Of a DNA stretch of 30,326 nt, positions 25,001-30,326 are shown piece by piece. The stretch comes from an uncultured archaeon. GTDB taxonomy: Archaea; Iainarchaeota; Iainarchaeia; Iainarchaeales; 0-14-0-20-30-16. Every line of letters starts with the position of its first letter. The stretch's first letter is position 1. Under the pieces are notes generated by a model, which saw only the letters and a list, made by a program, of their open reading frames with translations, was not told the origin of the DNA and did no database searches. The position numbers and the translations under genes were made by a program. The DNA is taken from contig CAZQQS010000006.1 in the NCBI GenBank assembly GCA_964595665.1, positions 1 to 30,326 of the forward strand, read 5' to 3'.

Positions 25001-25519
25001 GTTGAAGTGAAGAATCCTGGAATATATTTAATACAAATGGATTTAAATGCTGGGAAAGAAGTTTTGAGAATTCAACCTGCTGAATATTTTATAGATCAAA
25101 CTTATAAGGCAAATACTATAGACAGATTCTTTTATAGTTTGCCAATAGATCCTACAAGAGATGGATTTGTTGGAACTTATAATGGACAATTTGGTTTATG
25201 TACTAAAGCAAATGCTATGGATGTTTTAAGCTTCCCACAAATAAATACTTGTTTAAGTACTAATAAAAATGTAAATAAATTAACTTTCGCAAGTCAAAAT
25301 TATTTGGAAATTAATTATACAAATTACGATTATATTGTAAATTTCCCAAGTGCTTGTAAAAACAATAGTACTTGTGAAATAAATGGAAATAATAGTTTTA
25401 AAGTTACTGCTCCTAAAAACGCATATACTTTAGAAAACATATTCAATACTCCTCAAAATTATTGTTATTCTGAAAGTAATAATATTGTTAAGGTAGTTTA
25501 TTCTGGTGAACAAAGGTGA
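18911..25519 (+). CDS. Giant N-terminally anchored surface protein C: conserved cytoplasmic N-peptide + TM + ~6 CarboxypepD_reg-like modules + orphan domains + low-complexity linker + Cys-rich C-terminal region
   Basis: The track start is a TTG at 18896. I prefer ATG 18911 because the product then begins MGLSDLYYKLEEKYY, matching the SD-defined start MGLRDFYYSLENKYY of the downstream paralog. 2202 aa. TM helix at ~19046-19120 (IMTLLLLIFIAVVVLVILYFLGVLG). Repeated modules of the type ..ANVQLYKENNLILTKVTGADGIAYFDRLEKDVPYSVKVLKSDY.. It ends with TGA (25517-25519), the only non-TAA stop in the window. Confidence 0.85.
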   Translation: MGLSDLYYKLEEKYYASLDWFDSKGLHFFYNFDAWLQSKNIPSFPIMTLLLLIFIAVVVLVILYFLGVLGTSMTVNLQLVNSKDNYTMANISFMVNDSVKSESYVTDSSGEAKVKVRKNIPFYVTINSSEYILENSEFTAYESNELIKVYLKSSSALLSSKVLKIFENFDSGILFSEAISVNLTCTGNSNYNETIEILSGVRDLSDLPEDCGNLEVSVDEYNYSKSYNLANHEFEVAVDIAVPKGTIIINVLNNSLEPISNVQVTAYSNNVRYAESLTSESGVVQFELDAVRDYTFTLNHLGQDYSTLVTSNMESECNGKVLKNETKTCSLTMLATNIGKINLEIYDVSGKPITNATIKVLKNNVEHYNYNLTAGDAGKFIFGVPELSPYRIVIDSFAYMIFDKEIMPSNTPTKINLEPVLDSPVLNVLVLANGDPVAKANVQLYKENNLILTKVTGADGIAYFDRLEKDVPYSVKVLKSDYSQSSEPLILNPRIENTITVNMVVGKGNVNVYGYNKQGVALDGLTAEIYDVYTNRKLGEAQLKEGLATIYGVSADKTVYAKLVSDSGVGYSLVSDIKANFNSDLIVYFSDYSNNFTMENIGIFNLDGSSVYTVPYQVVENNEYYGLFLLNVPKGAFNESEILFVGGIDLENANILIKDAKMLNAKLEKGLTYTSPLGFAEDMLNKTQDDGIWAQLKASNLNPGTYIVKVNFIIDSDPKSQLFNLGYRASLKSGGTYLRYPIDNVLGQNESASNKLGFYSELAKNVNFRIGSLNCVNSGCIEMTAQDAQGNRTKVYDELYSVYNLSTDLTFKIISAQKTTYNDLVFEIASLNNGLDISNVNLRSNSNNLIVQKTTNKYTTKLNEFGPNVELNGNINFAANKSGTNILKITIYNNKNEEIFTKEIAVTVDAPKDLRVEYLPALIVPYVNNLGAVFVSDALDSTPVEAHVSAYLNDVLIGSGVTDFEGKIPLEITKPSSGDSLKLKATAPGYNAIESELKITENILIADVPEITYNINIDELDYLVKNITFTTPLPNKLKIQRISFTNNEFNKFLEVKHNLRANYEFEKTLSLELSAKLTTDGKNLLEPKTINTFLDLVVTSNEINEVWNVKVPVTFYIQLYDSLDSVDCLKLEVSNDDLSAEEYGFKLINTCTYNEVATELYNVKTFVEWSENKLGEFEYDKKIIDSEGMDLFESISKSTSYSLLFKPSSKISSGKSKANFIVKAYYRTNSGLQELVVNKELDIIYSKLSNCLKITTSDGTLINPSGVNNPIVVGVSPFGMGMNAMNGLYGNSYNPYLTNSYGSANIVPNSASNLWDQLSSTSNTQGNFSTAANLASLNSNSGVGSNNVQQMMLMLQMMGGSYGGMNPQMYLAPTSNLTITNTCAYDVDVQVGAAAQIMVSPNSSTITIGSNSQVTVTANSLPGIYNLNILAGYNGNLNPFAVLPINVIDYASETVQDDCFKIEGEPTLDMSSFTKNYKQLKIYNYCFSKGVVFDDANPIELNALFAAEDLVMKDKDGKDVKVLDKGQKYAELKIIKSPQIETSNTYGKYQYIELLILKNSAIQEVSFNNYAGTNTLSDTAQSLSVLRSAATALNQNVNFKALVTINSRIGYGMTAQKKAVVKTLTIRDLWNLLALAGAGELDAGNRTCTPNKWSSFIDDDISYSVKYSQIKDRIPLNNESWDLLDKDCFGSYDNVKFKDDYLEQTSNGITVKLTPHFKDRKLYFDIDVKGSGDKFESTYDFGYTLQSYWHSETPLQKRDRTLKFILTITDVTAGDPAKDPTADAKTQNTKDEFCIDKFGNEWKSLSTYGFGSLEGFNNGNMLSFDYRTTVTPDCTKTFCDAEQLKKYLKGKFTTSLSTNIVYETYLSQKYVVKNATDKNVIELLPSKVLDKVSMYFLEKYLAEAIADTAIETTGFDKFKNLVKEMPNLFLVTTSGCYTGTTAYGFTVVGSNKCYYNAQKMSQDASGQTYMKDIFKGAFDVVFLVPETKWMLIGFNQAWNVKVETVYLKPDNYKMYFEGSNFLSYDANVFGVEVKNPGIYLIQMDLNAGKEVLRIQPAEYFIDQTYKANTIDRFFYSLPIDPTRDGFVGTYNGQFGLCTKANAMDVLSFPQINTCLSTNKNVNKLTFASQNYLEINYTNYDYIVNFPSACKNNSTCEINGNNSFKVTAPKNAYTLENIFNTPQNYCYSESNNIVKVVYSGEQR
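25514..25519 (+). promoter_or_regulatory. Shine-Dalgarno AGGTGA for gene D, containing the TGA stop of gene C
   Basis: AGGTGA lies 5 nt before ATG 25525. Its last three bases are the stop codon of C. Confidence 0.65.
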
Positions 25520-25524
25520 ATTAA

Positions 25525-25650
25525 ATGGGATTGAGAGATTTTTATTATAGTTTGGAAAACAAATATTATGGTTTGTTAGATAAATTAGACAAATCAGGAT
25601 TACATGTTTACAAGGTTGTAGATAAAGTAGATAAAGTAATACCTTCTTTT
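25525..25650 (+). other. Conserved cytoplasmic N-terminal peptide of protein D (MGLRDFYYSLENKYYGLLDKLDKSGLHVY..IPSF)
   Basis: See the C motif. It is far better conserved than the ectodomains that follow. Confidence 0.7.
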
Positions 25651-28600
25651 GTTTTGGTAATAATTTTATTTGGTTTAATTATTGCTGGAATAATTATAGG
25701 ATTATTATCTGTTTTTAATATTGGTTTCCCAAATGATCCCATTACTTTTGTGTTCACAGATAAGCATGGTGAAAATTTCTCTAATCAAGTAGTATCTTAT
25801 TCTTTCAATGGAGAGAATCGAGGTTTTTTAGAAACTGATGCTTTAGGAGTAATTTATTTTGATAGTGCAAAAAGTGGAGATGTTTTTGCATTTGAGATCC
25901 CAAAAGGCAATTCTGTTGAAACAATAACTAGAACTATAACTAAAGATAGGTTATATAATATTAAGTTGAATTTTTCTTTGGCTCAAGATAGTGTAAATTT
26001 TACAGTAAATTCTATTGATAATTTAGCATTGAAACCAATTAATATTTACTTTGTTTGTGCTAATGCAAATGCAGTTGTGCCTGAGAGTAGAATTAATTCT
26101 ATAGATAGTACTTATAATATTTCTTTTGATTCTGATTGTGGGGTTTTGAGTGCAAATATAAAATCTAATTATTATGAGGAGGCATATCAAGAAATTTATT
26201 CTGGAGTTAATATAAATTTAAGACCTAATGATTATTCTGGAAATATGCAAATTACTGTAAATATTTATGATGAATCTAATTTGCCTATAGCTGGAGATGC
26301 AAGTGTAAATATATCTCAAAATGGAATTCCTATTAAATATGGTAATAGAGTTTCTGAAAGTGTTTATACTTTTACTGGATTAAGTGCTGCAACTTATGTT
26401 GTAAATGTTACTAAAAGTGGTTATGCTTCACAAAATCAAACTGTTGTTTTAGATGGTTCATCAACTACTCAAAATATTTCTATGTATTTGAAAAAGACTT
26501 CTGGATTAGGAAATTTTGTTTTAAAAATTGTAGGTATTGATGGTAAAGCAATTAAAGATGTTGCGGTAATTGTAAAATCACAAGATGAATCTGGAAATCA
26601 AAAAGAGATTGTAAGTCAAGGTAAAACAGATGCTTCTGGAAATATTGATTTAGATGTGCCAGACATTTCTCAAAAATATTGGATATTGGCTAGTAAAACT
26701 GGTTATACTTCTTTGAGTAGATCTAATGTATCTATATCTGAAACTCAATTAACTTTGGTTATGAGAAAAACTAATGAAGCTAATTTATTAAGAGTTAAAA
26801 TTTTTGATGAATTTGGTTTTGCAGTAAATAATGCAAATGTTGCTTTGATGGATGCAAATGATAATGTAATTGCGCCATATTTTGGTGTGACAGATTTTAA
26901 TGGTATTGCTAAGAATTCTGCTGAAAATGGAACTTATAAAGTATATGTTTACAAAGGTTCGTTTAGTGGAATGAGTGAATTATTTTCATATGATTCGGAT
27001 GCTTTAAATGCAAATGAATATGTAATTGTAAATTTGAGCTTGCCAAAAGCTGGTTGGGATATTACTTTAAAGGATTCTTTTGGTTTGCCTGTGCCTAATG
27101 CTTTGATAACTTTATATGATGCTTACAATTATGAGCCAATAGAAATTGGTAATAGATATGCTTCTCCTGAAGGTACATTATCTATACAAAATTTAAGAGT
27201 GGATAGAAAATATTTTATTGTTGCGAGTGCAAATAGTTTTGAAAATTATATTTCAAAATCTAAGTTTTTAACTGCAAATGGTTTAGCAGTAGATAATTTT
27301 GTAATGGAAAAACAAAAAATAGATTCTAGAATTAAAGTTGAATCTATTGGAACTTATGATTTAGAAAATAATAAAGTGTATAAATTAGCTTCAAATACTG
27401 AATATGTTTCTCGATTTAAGATTACTTTGCCAGAAGGCGAAATAAATTATGAAGATTTATTTGCAAACTTTGTTTTAGGTTCATTAGATGCTGTTGAAAA
27501 AGAACCAATATATATTAAAAAAGTAGAATATAGTGGAAATGCAAACTTAATGAAAGGTAGAAATTATTCTGAGAATAATATTGAAAAAAGTATTGGAGAT
27601 ACAAAAAGTTTTGATAATGTAATTTATGATGGTTCTCCATTCCAAGATCAAATTAAATGGGTTCAATTAACTTGGGATTTAGAAAGTCATAATATTGACT
27701 CAGGAATATTATTTGTTGATGTTTATATGCAAGTAAGAGCTGGAGTTCAAGATGGTGTAAAATCTGATTTATCATTTAATATTTTAGCTAAAGAAGATGA
27801 ATATTATTCTAGTCCTGAGAATTTATCTTCTGAAGAAAGTAATAGTGGTTTATTTGCTCCAAAAAATAAAATCTTTTTCGTTGTTGGAGAAGGCCAACAA
27901 GTATGTGATGATTTATTTTGTTTTGAAGGTTCATATTTAGATTTGACTGATGATTTAAAAAGTTCTGTAATGGGTGAATTACCTTATGTTGCTAAATTAG
28001 GTAGAGATTATGTTTTAAATTTTAATTTAGTAAATAATAGGGATGTTCCATTAACTAATTATAGAGTTATTATAGAGAATCCACAAAAAAGTTTAGAAAT
28101 GGATTCGGGCATAATTTATTCTGCAAATAATTTGGAATTTAATAAACCAGAACCAATAAAATTTGCAGATAACTTTAGTTTTACTTTTAGAGATGTTGCT
28201 ACATTAAATCAAAATGGTGCAATAAAAGGAGAAATTAATTTTATACCTATTGCTGAAGGTTCAAATTCATTTAAAATAACTGTAATTGAAGATAGAGAAA
28301 TAATTTATACAAAAGAATTTTATGTGAGTGTAGTTTCAAATAAAGAAATATTTGTTGAGATTATTCCCGAGATTTTGCCTTCATATGTTGATACAAATAT
28401 TAAATTTATTGTAAAAGATTTTGATAATAATGCTTATTTAGAAGATGCATTTGTAAGAATAGTAAATATTTATGATTCAGAATTAGCTTCTGGAAGTACA
28501 AATGAATTTGGAGAAGTTGTTTTAGAAATTGTAGGACAAAATCCAAATACTGATTTGTATATGAAAGTTTATAAAGAAGAATATAGAGCTTTTGAAAAAG

Positions 28601-30326
28601 TATTAAGAACTAGTGATAAATTTATTACTATTGATCCAGAAGAATTAAGTGTAAAAGCTAATGTTTTTGAGATGAAAGGTCAAGGAGTATTGAATTTAAA
28701 AAATACTTCTCGATTACCTGTTGTAATTGAATCAATTGTAGTAGAAGGTAATTTTGATGAGTATGTAAATGTATTAGAAACAAATAATTATTTAGAAAAT
28801 AGTAGTAAAGATTTAGTAATGGATAAAGAACATAGTTATGAAGTTCCAGTAAATGTTTCTTTAACTACAATTGCATCATATTTGAAAGAAAGTACAGAAT
28901 ATGAGGGCAAAGTAATTATTACTGTAAAACCAAAAGATTTATTAGGAGATCAAACTATAAGATCATGGACTTATGAAGTTCCGTTAAAATTATTTATTTC
29001 TTTAGGTAAAGGTTTAGATAATTTAGATTGTTTAGGTTTAGATAAAACTAAATCTGAAATAGTTTCTAATAATGGTAAGAATGATAGTGATTCTTTAACT
29101 GTTGTAAATGGTTGTACTGTTGATGGTGTTCCTGTAAAGATAAGAAATTTAGAAGCTAAGATTACTTGGAAAGGTAATGCTTTAGGTGCATTTACTTTTG
29201 TTAAGAATGAAATTTCTTCAAGAATTCAAAGTGCATATTATGTAACTTTATTAACTACAATGTTAAATCACGAAGAATCAATGTTTGTATTGAATTTTAA
29301 TCCAGCTACTGGAAGAGTTGCTGGAACTAATACTGCAGAAATAGAATTAAGAGCAAGTTATTTCACAGATAATGGTATTGAATTTGTTACTGCAAAAACA
29401 GAATATAGTGTAAGTGTAGTAGATATGAAATCTTGTATAACTTATGATTTGCCTGATGCAGAAGTAGATTTAATTAAGATTCCAAGAGATTCTACTGGTG
29501 AATTTAAAATCAGAAATGATTGTGAGGCTGGATTTTCAGTATTATTAACAGATTTGCCAAAGGACTTTTTAGATGTTACTCCTAAAGAATTTGATTTACC
29601 TGCACAAAGTGAAGTATTGGTAAAAATAAATCCTAATAATTCTAATGTTGGTGTTTATTTATTAGAAGTAAGAGGTAAAACTTCTAAAGAAAGTTTTAAT
29701 GGTGTAAGAGTTGGTTCTGAGGCATTAAGAGTATTTGTTGCTCCATTGGAAACAGATTGTTTGGTACTGGATAATTATGAATTTAATTTAGGTAAAAGCG
29801 ATGAGAATAGATATGCTTATTTGATTAACAGATGTTATTACAAAGATTTACAAGCTTTGTATAATATTGATGTTACTCATGGTGGTTTAGGTTTATCTGG
29901 TGAATGTGCTAGTCAAAACTGGCAAGGTGTTGTTTTAGGTTCTTTAGCTGGTGGTGTTGCTTCTGCAACTGCTGGTATTGCTTATGGTAATGTTTTAGGA
30001 AGTATTGGTGGCGATCCTTTTAAAGCTGCTAAAGCAGAATCTGATTTATTAGCCAAAGTAGGTATTACTAAAAAAAGTGGTAAATTTTATGATTCTGAAG
30101 GTGCTGAAATGAATCTAGAACAAGTAAATTATGCCCTATCTGAAATTAAAGATAATACTATGGGTTATAATAAAGATGGTAAATTAGTTGCCGGTCCCGC
30201 AGTTACCACTCCAACTGCTCCTGCTCCTGCTCCTGCTCCTGCTGCTCCTGCTGCTGTTCCTGCTGCTGCTCCTGCTGCTCCTGCTGCTGCTCCTGCTGCT
30301 GCTCCTGCTGCTGCTCCTGCTGCTGC
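25525..30326 (+). CDS. Giant N-terminally anchored surface protein D (paralog of C), 3'-partial: runs off the window end
   Basis: Not in the supplied ORF track because it has no stop. I translated frame 1 from ATG 25525 by hand; every 60-nt line starts a codon, and I found no in-frame stop through 30326 (>=1600 codons). AGGTGA SD at 25514-25519, 5 nt before the ATG. It begins MGLRDFYYSLENKYYGLLDKLDKSGLHVYKVVDKVDKVIPSF, then a TM helix (VLVIILFGLIIAGIIIGLLSVF), ~6 CarboxypepD_reg-like modules (e.g. VAVIVKSQDESGNQKEIVSQGKTDASGNIDLDVPDISQKYWILASKTGY), regions collinear with C, a Gly-rich hydrophobic segment, and a Pro/Ala repeat at the window end. Confidence 0.85.
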   Translation, partial: MGLRDFYYSLENKYYGLLDKLDKSGLHVYKVVDKVDKVIPSFVLVIILFGLIIAGIIIGLLSVFNIGFPNDPITFVFTDKHGENFSNQVVSYSFNGENRGFLETDALGVIYFDSAKSGDVFAFEIPKGNSVETITRTITKDRLYNIKLNFSLAQDSVNFTVNSIDNLALKPINIYFVCANANAVVPESRINSIDSTYNISFDSDCGVLSANIKSNYYEEAYQEIYSGVNINLRPNDYSGNMQITVNIYDESNLPIAGDASVNISQNGIPIKYGNRVSESVYTFTGLSAATYVVNVTKSGYASQNQTVVLDGSSTTQNISMYLKKTSGLGNFVLKIVGIDGKAIKDVAVIVKSQDESGNQKEIVSQGKTDASGNIDLDVPDISQKYWILASKTGYTSLSRSNVSISETQLTLVMRKTNEANLLRVKIFDEFGFAVNNANVALMDANDNVIAPYFGVTDFNGIAKNSAENGTYKVYVYKGSFSGMSELFSYDSDALNANEYVIVNLSLPKAGWDITLKDSFGLPVPNALITLYDAYNYEPIEIGNRYASPEGTLSIQNLRVDRKYFIVASANSFENYISKSKFLTANGLAVDNFVMEKQKIDSRIKVESIGTYDLENNKVYKLASNTEYVSRFKITLPEGEINYEDLFANFVLGSLDAVEKEPIYIKKVEYSGNANLMKGRNYSENNIEKSIGDTKSFDNVIYDGSPFQDQIKWVQLTWDLESHNIDSGILFVDVYMQVRAGVQDGVKSDLSFNILAKEDEYYSSPENLSSEESNSGLFAPKNKIFFVVGEGQQVCDDLFCFEGSYLDLTDDLKSSVMGELPYVAKLGRDYVLNFNLVNNRDVPLTNYRVIIENPQKSLEMDSGIIYSANNLEFNKPEPIKFADNFSFTFRDVATLNQNGAIKGEINFIPIAEGSNSFKITVIEDREIIYTKEFYVSVVSNKEIFVEIIPEILPSYVDTNIKFIVKDFDNNAYLEDAFVRIVNIYDSELASGSTNEFGEVVLEIVGQNPNTDLYMKVYKEEYRAFEKVLRTSDKFITIDPEELSVKANVFEMKGQGVLNLKNTSRLPVVIESIVVEGNFDEYVNVLETNNYLENSSKDLVMDKEHSYEVPVNVSLTTIASYLKESTEYEGKVIITVKPKDLLGDQTIRSWTYEVPLKLFISLGKGLDNLDCLGLDKTKSEIVSNNGKNDSDSLTVVNGCTVDGVPVKIRNLEAKITWKGNALGAFTFVKNEISSRIQSAYYVTLLTTMLNHEESMFVLNFNPATGRVAGTNTAEIELRASYFTDNGIEFVTAKTEYSVSVVDMKSCITYDLPDAEVDLIKIPRDSTGEFKIRNDCEAGFSVLLTDLPKDFLDVTPKEFDLPAQSEVLVKINPNNSNVGVYLLEVRGKTSKESFNGVRVGSEALRVFVAPLETDCLVLDNYEFNLGKSDENRYAYLINRCYYKDLQALYNIDVTHGGLGLSGECASQNWQGVVLGSLAGGVASATAGIAYGNVLGSIGGDPFKAAKAESDLLAKVGITKKSGKFYDSEGAEMNLEQVNYALSEIKDNTMGYNKDGKLVAGPAVTTPTAPAPAPAPAAPAAVPAAAPAAPAAAPAAAPAAAPAA
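30217..30326 (+). repeat. GC-rich cct/gct tandem repeat encoding a Pro/Ala linker (APAPAPAPAAPAAVPAAAPAAPAAAPAAAPAAAPAA...), truncated by the window end
   Basis: From 30217 to the window end, every complete codon is cct or gct except one gtt. The unit drifts from cct-gct to cct-gct-gct-gct. Confidence 0.9.

Noticed and set aside
25517-25519. The single TGA stop, considered as possible stop-codon reassignment or readthrough fusing C and D
   Set aside because: The next in-frame codons (att aaa tgg gat tga) reach another TGA after 4 codons. D is in a different frame with its own SD and an ATG that reproduces the paralogous N-terminus. The TGA is explained by its overlap with the AGGTGA SD.
1-30326. 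Mobile elements, integrases, transposases, phage genes or defence systems flanking the surface island
   Set aside because: No ORF shows recombinase, transposase or nuclease motifs I recognise. I noticed no terminal inverted or direct repeats at the island boundary (7799-7845), and the ~25% G+C looks similar on both sides.

Overview
Very AT-rich (by eye about three quarters A+T), extremely compact window with 11-12 genes and almost no non-coding DNA. Left quarter (1-7.8 kb): a large protein with a clan-CD/C25-like peptidase core whose frame is open to the window edge, a CNNM/CorB-type DUF21-CBS cation transporter, two small integral membrane proteins, a YkgJ-type CxxCxxCC protein, a possible 29-codon leaderless micro-ORF, and a bacterial-type aspartyl-tRNA synthetase with a shortened insertion domain. 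Right three quarters (7.8-30.3 kb): a ~22.5 kb cell-surface protein island built from two different paralogous pairs. Pair A/B (1329 and 2175 aa) has a signal peptide, a NosD-like right-handed beta-helix, tandem CARDB-like modules (about 3 and 11), one C-terminal TM helix and a cytoplasmic tail ending in the shared motif KILExKLKxKTGYDL. Pair C/D (2202 aa and >1600 aa) is N-terminally anchored and shares the cytoplasmic N-terminus MGLxDxYYxLExKYY..GLH..IPSF, about six CarboxypepD_reg-like beta-sandwich modules and collinear orphan domains. C and D appear translationally coupled. D runs off the window end and is absent from the supplied ORF track. A DUF192 gene lies between the pairs on the minus strand. 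Several features suggest a small-genome, DPANN-like archaeon (inference): TATA-like boxes ~20-30 nt upstream of first-cistron ATGs, AGGTGA Shine-Dalgarno sites only at internal cistrons, a PGF-pre-PGF-like domain, and the NosD/CARDB architecture. I saw no rRNA, tRNA, CRISPR array or mobile element. The best candidate for something undescribed is the four-gene surface island, especially the C/D pair and the conserved cytoplasmic peptides, none of which I can assign to a named family.
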